Source of the DNA: a virus
Taxonomy: Duplodnaviria > Caudoviricetes
DNA: 64,000 nucleotides
Strand: one strand, 5' to 3'
Virus record (IMG/VR): IMGVR_UViG_3300033073_001332
Coordinates: 128,001 to 192,000 of that record
This document shows positions 1-11,600 of this stretch, one piece after another. A program made the translations under genes and the position numbers. Numbering within the stretch: position 1 is the stretch's first letter; each line of letters begins with the position of its first letter. The notes under the pieces were generated by a model. It ran no database searches and was not told where the DNA came from. It saw nothing but the letters and a program-made list of their open reading frames with translations.

Positions 1-1
1 T

Positions 2-3000
2 GAAGACGAAAGAAAACCAAACTTCTTACAAAATCCGTGGGGACCTGAACAAGGTCAAAGTGTATTTGAAGTTGACCCGTATAGAAAATTAAAAAATTTA
101 GTAATACCACAAGGAAATTATTTAGATGAAAGTGATACTTTTGGTAGTGAGTTAGAGTTAGTTGGAGGAGTAAAAGAAACTGAATCGTATATTGGAAATA
201 CATATGCGACAGGTACAGGTGAATATGACCCAACAGTATTTAAATACCTTCAAACTAAAGGTTTACAACGACCTTATGCTAATTCAGATAACACATTTAT
301 ATTTTTACCATCTACATATACACCATATAGTATATTGTTAAGTGATAACCCAAGTGGTTCAGATGGGTCTTTGTCACAAGATTCTAGTTTAGCTGGTATT
401 GGTGCTAAACAATTAAATAAAGAATTCAAACATAGAGTTGCGTTAGAGTTAGTACAACAAACTTTGGGTCAAATAAATTTATTTAATTCAAATGTTAATC
501 CTGTAACTGGTGAGATTTCGGCAAAACCAAATACTGACCCATTCAATGCAATTGGATTGTTAACAGGTAATGTACCAATTATAGCTAGAAAATTTAATAT
601 TACGACACCTGATTTTTTATTTGGTCAAGGAATTAACTTTGCCGCTAAATTAGCAGGACTTTATTCCCCTTATTCTTATATACCGGGTGAGTATTTTGAT
701 TATCCTGACCCAATAGGTAATGGTCCTTATGAAAATCCATTATCATTAATTGGTGGTGCGATTGGTTCTTTATTTAGTGCATTACAACCTGCAAATCAAT
801 CATCATCGGAGTTATTAGTAGAATATACGTCAGTACCTACAAGAAAATTACTATATGACCAATTAAAATATAACTTATATAGACCAAACTATAAAATTGG
901 AAATAATCTTTTAGCCCCTCCAGGTTCTTTTTATATTGGTGAAAGAAAAAGTCATTTAACAGAATTAGTTTCACCAACACCTGAATTACCTTATGGAAGA
1001 GACGGTAAAACATCATCTATGGGTCCTGTTTTATCATACTCAAATATGGGTAAACTTTATGAAACGGACCAATTAAATGATACACAATTCGGTATAAATA
1101 GTAGAAACTTTTATAGTGCGGGAGCAACTAAAGATGGTGTAAAATGGATTGGTGGTAATGTTTTTGGAAGTTTCACATGGATAGGTAGTAAGAGCCCTGA
1201 CCAACCAAACTTCCCATCTGCCGGTAAATTACAAGGTAGAGGAGGTGAACAATTTGAAGATAATAGTGAGTTTACTTTTGGAAACCTTGTTGGGTATGAT
1301 AGCACCAAATCAACAAATACTGATTTTACACCTGGTTCATTATTAGATGTAACTCAAAAATTAATAGATGCGGGACAAAGAAGTTCTGTACCACTTGAAC
1401 ACGTTGGTAATGCTATAAACCAAGTATCTAAAGTTTTTAATGATGGATACCAAGAAATTACTAAAGGTTCGAGAGTAGTAAGATACACGACTAAAAATTC
1501 AGTAGGTGGTGGAGACATTAAGGGATTGGAATATTGTAGGATTTTTACTAAAGACAGACCATACTACACTTATGATGAATTACAAAAAACTGATGGTAAC
1601 ATTAGAAAGTTTACAAATTCAGTTTTAGATAATACTTGGAACGTAAACATTGCACCTGTTGATGGTTATAGTATAAAAGATGGTCGCGTAAAAAAATACA
1701 TGTTCTCTTTAGAAAACTTAGCTTGGAGAACGTCAAACAAAAAAGGGTATACTTATGATGATTTACCTGCGTGTGAAAGAGGACCAAACGGAGGTAGAAT
1801 TATGTGGTTTCCACCGTATGGTTTAAGTTTTGATGAAAGTATTAGTACAGGATGGCAAGATAATACGTTTTTAGGTAGAACCGAACCTATTTACACTTAT
1901 ACTAACACAACTAGAAAAGGTAACATATCTTTCAAGATTATTGTTGACCACCCTTCAATTTTAAATTTAATTGTAGATAGAGAGTTGGCCAACGTAGGTA
2001 ACAACGGAGAAATTACTCAAATAATAGATTCGTTTTTTGCGGGATGTACAAAATATGATTTGTGGGATTTAACAACAAAATTCCCGATGTTCACCCCTAA
2101 TGATGTATTTGAAACTCAAATATTAACAACAGAAGATATTGTTACCGTTGTTGAAGAACATAATTATAGTGTTATTGAAGAGGAAGTTGATATAGATAAT
2201 CAATATATTCCACCAACTCAAACACCACCATGTTTAGTTTACCACTATGATATTGGAGCTAACACCGATTTAAATTATACGTCTTGTACAGGTAACCAAG
2301 TTGTTTTAACATTATCAGCGGGAAGTCAAGGAGATATTTGTGTACAAAGAGGTACTACACCTCAAATTGTTACACCTGACCCAAGTAATAGTGTCACACC
2401 AACAGGTGATGCTTGTGAGAGTTCAACACCTGGACCTACACCATCGCCTTCACCGACACCGACACCGACACCACCACCAACGGAACCACCATTAAATACG
2501 ACTTTTCCTGAAATTGGATTCTATTTTGATAATAACTTCCCTGATGGAACAAATAATAATAATACAACCGTAACTCAAAATTTTGAACATTGGTATGAAT
2601 TATATGTGGGTTCTGAAAATGAATATGTTAATACGGGTAAAAGTGGTAAATATTCTGCGGCTCTTAATAAAATTTTAATTTATGGTGACCCTACGTATAA
2701 AGATTATACAAACTACGTTTTAAATGATTTACCAAATGATGCAAAAATTAAGTATTTAGATAGTTTTGTTGAAACTAGAAAAGAAAAAATATCAGAGTTT
2801 TTCTCGTACATAAAAAAGGAGTTTGGTGAGGCTAAAAAATTCATTGAAAAAATTGCACCTTTATTGGATGCGGGTGACACGATAACTTTTGATTTGATTG
2901 CAAGTGCATCGGCAGTTAATAATAATGCGTACAATGTTAATCTTTCTAAAAGAAGGTCAGATACGGTAAAGAAATGGATTTACGCACAAGTCTCCCCAAA

Positions 3001-5302
3001 TGGGACCACAATGCAAAAATATGCACAACAAGGTAAACTAAAAATAAATGAATCAACCGTTGGTGAAGACACAAGTCTCGCGGATGAACCATATAAATTT
3101 ATTAAGTGTAATAAAGACTTTGTTGATAAGTTGAAAGACGGAACGGTCTCTGTTAACGCAATGGCGTGTAGAAGAACAAAAATTTCAAATGTTCAGAGAA
3201 TTAAAAACGTATCTACAAATGAAAATTCTTCAAATAACGATGCGGGTGCGGCTGTAACAAATAATGGTGATTCTTCACAAACAGGACAAGAATTAACAGG
3301 ACAAGATTTTATAACAACAGGACCTGCGGGACAAGATTCTACGGGCACCGCTACAACTCAACCAAACGCATCTACATCTTCATTTGTGTCACAACAACCA
3401 GATTCCCAACCTTATACTAATAGTATTAACACAAGACCTCAGGATGTTCAAACTCAAACATTAGAAAAAAGAAGAGATTTAACAAAAAGATTAGCAAGAA
3501 AGTTGTTAACGGAATGTAATTATTTTGAATATATTAAACAAAATGAACCTATGGTTTATGATGGTATTAAGTCTAAAATAAAATATTTTCAACCAGCATT
3601 CCACTCTATTACACCTGAAGGTTTGAATTCTAGATTGGTTTTCTTACAACAATGTATGAGACCGGGAGATACTATCCCAACTATATCAGAGTCAAGTCAA
3701 GGTCAAGTAAAACTTTTATATAACGACGTCTCAAATAGTGCATTTGGAGCACCACCTATTTGTGTTTTAAGAATTGGTGATTTTTTCCATACTAAAATTG
3801 CAATAGACCAAATTACTTTAAAATATGATGAAGTACCGTTTGATTTAAACCCTGAAGGTATCGGTGTTCAACCTATGATTGCGGATGTTTCAATTTCGTT
3901 CTCATTTATCGGAGCACACGGATTAGCCGGACCTGTTGCTAAATTACAAAACGCATTGAGTTTCAATTATTATGGTAACACTGAAATGTATGATGAAAGA
4001 GCGGAAGCGACAGAACAATTAGATTTAAGTCAATACGATGCTCAAATCATATCACAAATTAAAGACGATTTAAATGTTGTGGATACTTCAGCTCCTGTAC
4101 CTGTTGTAAATAATGGTGGTAGTACTATTGGTATAACAAAAACAAACACGGTTGATTTAAATACCTCAGCAACTACAGGTACTATCGCTTATAAAGAAAT
4201 CATGGCTAAGTTAGTTGATGCAACAAAATCATACGCTGAAAAAACAACATCAACATTAGAAAAAATTAACCAAGATTATTTAATTGGAGGACTTCAAATA
4301 TTCACAAAGGATAGAATTTATACTGATGGGTTCTTCAATAGTTTAGGTGGTAATTTATCAAACACTGCTAATATTTTTGGTTATGCTAGTACAATACAAG
4401 ATAAATTAAACGATATTGCATCTAAAGCAAAGGAAGATATTGATAACGATTTATGTCCTCTGTTGGCTAATTTATATAATGAGAATTTAATAGATATTCA
4501 AATAAGAAAAGTTAAAAAACAACTTAAAACTGAGATTGACAATAGAAGAGATTTAATGACAAACGCATTACAAAACTTTTCAAATGAAATATCTACCAAC
4601 GAAATAGAGTTAATTAGTTTAATTGACAAAATTAATTTTATTTCTAATGGGCATGATGGATTTATTAAGAAAACTTTTTCTACCGTAGTTTATAATTTAT
4701 CGGGAACAACAAAAGTTACACCACCAACATTACCTGGAGTTATCGATACGTTACAGGAACTAGTCTTAGATTCATATTTAGTAAAAGATGACATGAATAC
4801 ATTTTATGGGAAACTTTCAGAATATTCTTTGATACCAACAGGTGACGATGTCTACAGTAGTAATAACACTCAAAACACATACTTACCAAGTAACAATCCG
4901 TGGGATAACAGATTTTTCATATTATTTGGTAAACCAATTATAGATAACCCAGATAAATTTATAGACGACTTAATTAATAAGGCTATTCCTAATGCGAACC
5001 AAGAAGATAAAAATAATTGGTTTTTATTCTTACTTACAAATGTAAAACAAACACCTAACGGATTACAAAATGTTTATTTAGCATCTATGGTTACGGTTAA
5101 TGGTAAAATTGAAAAATTCAGAACCGAATACTTTAATTCTATATTTACTAATTATTTACCTTATAATAAGGATAAAGAAAGATTGATGTGGTATCAATCA
5201 CAAGTACCTGCTAATTCTACCGATAGTAGAGATTTGTCAGACATATACAAATCAGTTAACAGCGGAGGTGATTACTTTAACTTAAAAAAGAAATTTAAAT
5301 AA
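2..5302 (+). CDS. Large baseplate/tail-tube-initiator-like structural protein with inserted PT-rich linker and OmpA-C-like peptidoglycan-binding domain (5' partial)
   Basis: The frame is open from base 2, upstream of the ORF-track start at 335. Tube-initiator-like motifs WFPPYGLSFDESISTGWQDNTFLGRTEPIYTYTNTTR and APPICVLRIGDFFHTKI..QPMIADVSISF; OmpA-like YNVNLSKRRSDTVKKWI..CRRTKI. Confidence 0.65.
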   Translation, partial: EDERKPNFLQNPWGPEQGQSVFEVDPYRKLKNLVIPQGNYLDESDTFGSELELVGGVKETESYIGNTYATGTGEYDPTVFKYLQTKGLQRPYANSDNTFIFLPSTYTPYSILLSDNPSGSDGSLSQDSSLAGIGAKQLNKEFKHRVALELVQQTLGQINLFNSNVNPVTGEISAKPNTDPFNAIGLLTGNVPIIARKFNITTPDFLFGQGINFAAKLAGLYSPYSYIPGEYFDYPDPIGNGPYENPLSLIGGAIGSLFSALQPANQSSSELLVEYTSVPTRKLLYDQLKYNLYRPNYKIGNNLLAPPGSFYIGERKSHLTELVSPTPELPYGRDGKTSSMGPVLSYSNMGKLYETDQLNDTQFGINSRNFYSAGATKDGVKWIGGNVFGSFTWIGSKSPDQPNFPSAGKLQGRGGEQFEDNSEFTFGNLVGYDSTKSTNTDFTPGSLLDVTQKLIDAGQRSSVPLEHVGNAINQVSKVFNDGYQEITKGSRVVRYTTKNSVGGGDIKGLEYCRIFTKDRPYYTYDELQKTDGNIRKFTNSVLDNTWNVNIAPVDGYSIKDGRVKKYMFSLENLAWRTSNKKGYTYDDLPACERGPNGGRIMWFPPYGLSFDESISTGWQDNTFLGRTEPIYTYTNTTRKGNISFKIIVDHPSILNLIVDRELANVGNNGEITQIIDSFFAGCTKYDLWDLTTKFPMFTPNDVFETQILTTEDIVTVVEEHNYSVIEEEVDIDNQYIPPTQTPPCLVYHYDIGANTDLNYTSCTGNQVVLTLSAGSQGDICVQRGTTPQIVTPDPSNSVTPTGDACESSTPGPTPSPSPTPTPTPPPTEPPLNTTFPEIGFYFDNNFPDGTNNNNTTVTQNFEHWYELYVGSENEYVNTGKSGKYSAALNKILIYGDPTYKDYTNYVLNDLPNDAKIKYLDSFVETRKEKISEFFSYIKKEFGEAKKFIEKIAPLLDAGDTITFDLIASASAVNNNAYNVNLSKRRSDTVKKWIYAQVSPNGTTMQKYAQQGKLKINESTVGEDTSLADEPYKFIKCNKDFVDKLKDGTVSVNAMACRRTKISNVQRIKNVSTNENSSNNDAGAAVTNNGDSSQTGQELTGQDFITTGPAGQDSTGTATTQPNASTSSFVSQQPDSQPYTNSINTRPQDVQTQTLEKRRDLTKRLARKLLTECNYFEYIKQNEPMVYDGIKSKIKYFQPAFHSITPEGLNSRLVFLQQCMRPGDTIPTISESSQGQVKLLYNDVSNSAFGAPPICVLRIGDFFHTKIAIDQITLKYDEVPFDLNPEGIGVQPMIADVSISFSFIGAHGLAGPVAKLQNALSFNYYGNTEMYDERAEATEQLDLSQYDAQIISQIKDDLNVVDTSAPVPVVNNGGSTIGITKTNTVDLNTSATTGTIAYKEIMAKLVDATKSYAEKTTSTLEKINQDYLIGGLQIFTKDRIYTDGFFNSLGGNLSNTANIFGYASTIQDKLNDIASKAKEDIDNDLCPLLANLYNENLIDIQIRKVKKQLKTEIDNRRDLMTNALQNFSNEISTNEIELISLIDKINFISNGHDGFIKKTFSTVVYNLSGTTKVTPPTLPGVIDTLQELVLDSYLVKDDMNTFYGKLSEYSLIPTGDDVYSSNNTQNTYLPSNNPWDNRFFILFGKPIIDNPDKFIDDLINKAIPNANQEDKNNWFLFLLTNVKQTPNGLQNVYLASMVTVNGKIEKFRTEYFNSIFTNYLPYNKDKERLMWYQSQVPANSTDSRDLSDIYKSVNSGGDYFNLKKKFK

Positions 5303-5619
5303 TGGATTACTACAATAGATATAAAGATTTTTTGATAAATGGTAAACAAACCGTTGTACCATTCCTTACTATACCCTCAAGGGTAACCGACCAACAATAT
5401 CTTTATAGAACAGGTAAAAGTCGTTTAGATAAAATTAGTTTTGAAAAATACGGAACACCTTATTTTGGTTGGTTAATATTAGCAGCTAACCCTATGTATG
5501 GTGGATTAGAACAAAATATTCCAGACGGGACGATTTTAATAATACCGTTCCCATTAACTGCAGCACTTCAAGACTACAAATCTTCTTTAGATACTCATAT
5601 ATTCTATTATGGCCGTTAG
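5302..5619 (+). CDS. Small baseplate protein, LysM/tail-X/gp53-like
   Basis: RLDKISFEKYGTPYFGWLILAANP..IPDGTILIIP; TAATG coupling to the upstream gene; sits between tube-initiator-like and hub-like genes. Confidence 0.7.
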   Translation: MDYYNRYKDFLINGKQTVVPFLTIPSRVTDQQYLYRTGKSRLDKISFEKYGTPYFGWLILAANPMYGGLEQNIPDGTILIIPFPLTAALQDYKSSLDTHIFYYGR

Positions 5620-8600
5620 ACAAAAACAAAATAAAAAAATTTATATTGAGACAGATTACGATAATATCGTTGTTGTAAACCCAAATGAAGTATACACTCC
5701 TGACGGTAATAAAGAAGAACGCTTAGTTGACCATGAAGATTTGGTGTATTATGCAAATTTAGAAACTTTTATAATCCCAAGAACCAAATTAGCGGTAGGT
5801 GAAAATTTTGACTCACCTGTTGTGAACACAACTATTGCAACCATGTTTGCTGGTGATGATGCATTAAAAGTTAACTTTTTAAAACCAAAAGGCAAAACAG
5901 AATTTGACACAAGTTGGTCTAATCAATTAACGGGTGAAGGTTCAAGACAAGGTATGGCATCAAACCAAACAACTGAAAGGGTTGTTAGTTTTGAAGGAAG
6001 ACAATCTTTTAGAAGGGGAGTTAAAAATAATGAAGACACCCAACTTTTAGGAATGAAATCTATAAAAGTGAACGTAAAAGGAACAGGTGTCCCTGAAGTC
6101 AATATTGAACTTGTTGACATTCAAGGTAGGTCGTTATTTGAGCAAGGTGAAAATTCATTATATTCTGCGTTTTTTAATTTTCCATACCCTTTATTTTATC
6201 TTACTCTTAAAGGTTATTATGGTAAGGCGGTTAGATATCGACTATCATTAATGTCTTTTAATGCGTCATTTGATGCGGATACTGGAAATTACAACATATC
6301 CTTAAAATTGATTGGTAAATTTACCGCTCTTTTATTTGATACTCCACTTTCATATGCTATTACGGCACCTAAAATGTATAACACACAAATTACGGTAACC
6401 GAACCTAATGGTAATAAAAGTTATTTTAACACATATAAAGGAAGACAAAAACTTAAAGAAGTCTATGACACGTATAAAAGAAAAGGATTACTACCTTCTG
6501 ACTTCCCCGTGTTATCTATTGAAGATTTTATTTACAGAGTTGAAAATTATAAAACAGGACTAAAAAATGATTTAACAAAACAAGAAGATTTTACAAAATT
6601 AAATGATTTGCAAGATTTTGCAGATAACTTAAATAAGTTAAAAACTGAGGTTTTTGAATATGCAATCAACCAATACTTGGATAGAAATAGTTACTATGTG
6701 GTAGGACAAGAAATTTATTATCCATTTAAAAAAGACATCACCTTCCAATCAAGAGAAGATTTTAAAACTAAAATTAAAGATAGAATACAAAAATACGTTT
6801 CGTATTTGAAAGAAAACGCATCTTTTGGTGAAGGTAAAGATGCTGAGTATCAAATTAACATCACAATAAAAAATGAAAAGGATGTTATAAGAAAATTAGA
6901 TTTTACAACTTGGTCAGATAATCAAGAAAATGTTAGAAACACCTATCAATCTAGATATAATAGACCATTAGCGTCTGACGACACACAAGGGTATGAAAAA
7001 TTTATAATCGATGAAAGAGCCACAGCTATTTTAGATACTAAGGTTTTAAATGAGAAGTTAGAGTGGGTTGAAGATACTCCCGATTATTTTGTTTTTGGTG
7101 ATAAAATTATTTCAGATGGAACCTATATTAAAAATTCATACTTAGATAAATTAGACACTATGTTTAGTAGTTTAGAAGCTAAACAAAAAATTATAGAAGA
7201 TAGGTTAACTAAGTTTTATGCACAACAACAATTAAAACAACCAACTAAAGGTGGAGGAGGTCTCGGATTTTCTCCAACTATTAGAAACATTTTTGCTATT
7301 ATTATGGCAGGTGCTGACGCGTTCTATAGATTGATGGAAGATAATCACCAAGAGGCTTGGAACGTTAGAACAGAAAAAGATAGATTACTTGCGGTAATAC
7401 CTGCAGAAAAAAACTTTTCAGTTGATGCGATAAAAAGTATTCAAAAATCTAGTGGTGAACTTAATGACGATAACGTAGTTTATCCATGGCCATTATATTT
7501 TACATTAGAAAAACAACAGAATGGTTCTGATTTGTATACTATACAATATCCTGGTGATGCTAAATTTATAAGACAAACTAAAGCATACGATTATAGAATT
7601 TGGCCTGAGGTTGGATTCACAGAAGCGTTTATCAAAGCATCTTTAGAAAAGGAAAAACCTGAATCAAATTATTCTTATGATAATCCTACAGACGTAACTA
7701 AATATGTTTCTTGTAATGCGTTAGAGTTCCCATTTAAAACCGCACCATATCAAGATTTAAATGCAATTAAAATATTCTATGAAATATTTGAAAGAACATA
7801 TTTGAGTTCTCACTATGGTAATTTACCTACACAACCAACAACTAAGAATCAAGTAGATAAATTTTATGGTGATATTGAAAGTTTAAACTTAAGTTTGATT
7901 GCTCCTGAAGATATTACACTTAATCAAAATCTTCGCAACTTTAAGTTTGATATGCAAAAACTTATTGACTACATGAAAAAAATATCAAATGATGGTCAAG
8001 GACAAAGTTGGCAAACATACATTAGGGATATTTTTACTACGGAGTATATTCAAAATTTATTAAAAAACATTAATGAAATATATTCAATCAATACATTAGA
8101 AAACAACTCTACTCAAGTATCTGCGGATTTACCTTTGATTACTAATATGAGGGAGTTTTTAAATGATACATCTACTTCTGCAAAAAATACTTTAGATACT
8201 TATCCATTTACTGATGTGGATTGGTTGAAGAAAAATATGTCAAACGGAGATAACATTGGCGCTTATGAAGATTTTAATAACACAACTAAAAGTTATGTTT
8301 ATTTAGAAAACAAAAAAACAATCGCAAGAACAGACTCTAAAGACAACAATACAAATTTAAAACTTTTTACAAGTAAAACGGTTTTTGAAAATGGAACTCA
8401 AGTGAGTTTTACTAATTCAAATAATCCTGATTTGTTGATAAACTCTTCAGGTACGTTGAAAGATTATTTCACAAATAGAAAAGAAAAAGATTTATACCTT
8501 ACAGAATCTTATGTTGACTACGGTTCAGATTATAGTGGTAATGTTAAAACATCATTTCAAACAACATCACTACTTAATACGCCTTATTTTATTAATGCGT

Positions 8601-11600
8601 TAACGACCGGTGTAAAAAACAGAAAAATTAATAAACCAAATCCATATACGGCATTAGGTTATTTGTTTTTAAATTCATTACCTCTCATCACAACGAAGGA
8701 AAAAATTAAAAATTTTAATGGGACCGTTGCGACCGATTTAGATTATTTAGCCGCGACCTTTAATAAGTTCTCCGCAATACATCAGGTCCCATATGCTTGG
8801 GTTTTAAAATATGGTTCAATTTGGCATAGATATAAAAACTATGTGAATAACAAAGTTGATATATTAGATGATGTTTGGAAAGATTTTGATTATAAAAATG
8901 CTTACGACCCTATAAGTGGTAATTCATATACACCATATACAATTTTAAATTATAGCGGTAACCCTCAACAAATCACATTACAAGGATTTAATTTTATTGG
9001 TACGTTCCCTAACATATCGGGAATAATGAATATTTTCAATACTGGATTTTACCCACAAGTTGTTAATTCAGTGGAATACTACCTTAATGGTAAAGATTTA
9101 TTCACAGGTTATACTGCCACTGATTTTTCAGATGTATATAAAAATAAAGGATTTAGAATAGGATTTACAAATAAGTCAGCATCTAATTTCCCTGACGTAG
9201 ATACACAAAGTGGATTTACAACTTCATTGATAAAAACAAATGCGTATGTCTATAGAGTTGATACCAGTACCCAAGCACCTGGTAAAAAAATAATAGCATA
9301 TCCATCTATGGGTGGAGTTCCTTTTGACCAAGCAATATACGAATGTCTTGATGAGAATAACAACATGACTAAAAATCTAGTTGACAACAATGCAATGTTT
9401 AATGGTACGGTTAGAACCTTATGGGGTGTATCTAATTTTGGTTACTTTGACACGACCCTAATTAAAAAACCAAAACCAACAGAATACATTAAAGTAATAA
9501 AGACAAACACAGACACTCAAAATGATTTTGATTTAACTAATAACCAATCAAGTTATTCGTCTATAGAGGAAATCTTTAATTTGTTCGATGTAGATTTGTT
9601 AGATAAAATGGAGGCTAAGTTTTTAACTTTCTGTAATCCAAACCCATCTGCAAATGATTTATTATTAAATGATGAGAATATAAAAACGACTTACACTAGT
9701 ACAGGTGGATTAACAAATGCTAATTTGAAATTATTGAAAAATCAAATTGGAAGTATATTCACTTTTAATACTTGGGGATTTGACGGAACCAACGAAGAAA
9801 ATGATAGTAATTCAATTATCGATGACCAAAAAAATTCAGTCTATACTTCCCTAAATGAATTTTTAAATTTTGACTGCGTTATTAAAATAGGTAACCCAAC
9901 ACAATTTGATAGAAAACTTTTTGATTCATTTAGTAATCTAACATTACTACAAACGGTAGATAAATTAGAATTTGATAGGTATAAATCCGGTCAACTACCT
10001 GGTGACACTTCACCGGTAACGTTAACAGAAAGTTTAAGTAATAATTCAGAAGCGTGGAAAGCGTTAAGAAAATATGTAGGGTTTTCATCTATTAGTGGAA
10101 TTGATTATCAAAATCAAGTTGATAGTGCATTTCCATCAGTAAGTGGGATTACAAACACATCTACACAATCCGTTGAGTTACAATTAATAGGAACGTTTTC
10201 ATCACCATTTCCCGTAAATTCAGGAACAACTGAAATCATCAATGTTCAAAAAACAGATGGAACGTACCAAGTCTTCAAAATAATCGGAGAAGCGAACCCA
10301 CAAGATATAGTAAATAAAGTTCAAACAATAAGTTTTTACCAACCATTTTCTAACATCGAAGATAGTACAAACATGGTCCCATCTTCTACGGTAAATAACT
10401 TTACAACGAACTATCAATATATTTCGACAATTCAAGATGTATCACCTGGTGAATATCAGATGGTTGTGACATACTTACCAAATTTGTTACAGATAACACC
10501 AATTAAATTAATTGCTTCTGTATCAACATATCCTGGTAATCAAACTACAACACCTTTTATTACCACACCTTTACAAATACCACAACCATTCCCAAATTCA
10601 GATAAATCATATGTGTCTGATTTCTTTTTTGATAATGATATAAGTTTCACAAAAGAAAACGTGGAAATTCTTTATCCTTTGATAAGACTCTATGTTGAAC
10701 AAAAAAGACAAGACAACGATTTTAACAAAACTAAATTTACTACATATATCAATGATTTCTTACTTGATAGATATAATCTTCAAGATAACATGGTCACTGA
10801 GATGTTTAGTAACTTAAATAAGATTTTAAAAAATATTGAAGTAGATATAGGTCTTCCTAAAACCGCTATGAATGGAGATGCAACAAAACTTTCAACATAC
10901 AACACATTAAAAGGTTTTAACGATAAATGGATTGCTGGTTCTGATTTAAAAACAAATACATTGTTTGAGGACTTTTTATTTATGGACAGGGCGAATAGCG
11001 ATTTAGGTGATAGTTTTATTTTGGATGTGGATAAAGTAGTTAGTAGACTTTCAATTGATACTAATCAAAACCAAAGTTTAATGTCCTTAATTAGTTCTAT
11101 TTTGGAGGATAATTATTTCATTTTCATGGCTATGCCGGCTTATATTAATTTTTACGGTATACAACAAGCGTTAAAAGATGGACAACCATTAAAAGATAGT
11201 GAGATAGGTAATAGTTTGTTTGGAACATATTTAGAAGTCGATTACACAAAATCAAGTCCTAAATTTTTATGTTTATATATTGGTAACCCTTCTGAATATC
11301 CAAAACCAAAAGAAAATACATTTAATAGATTTGGTGATGATAGTTTTGATTTAAGAGTACCTGACAATCCTTTAAGGGTATCAAACACTAATACAAATTA
11401 CTCTTTGAGTAATCGAGTTGTTGGTTTCGCGGTTGATTTTGGAATAAGAAATCAAAACATATTTAAAAGTTTAAGTTTAGATATGTCTGAAATGAAAAAC
11501 ACTTCAGAATCATTCCAAGTTTATGCTGATATGGGTAGTTCAGTTGCGGGTGATAAAGTTGGACAACAATCGCAATCACTTTATAGTATTTACAAGTCAA

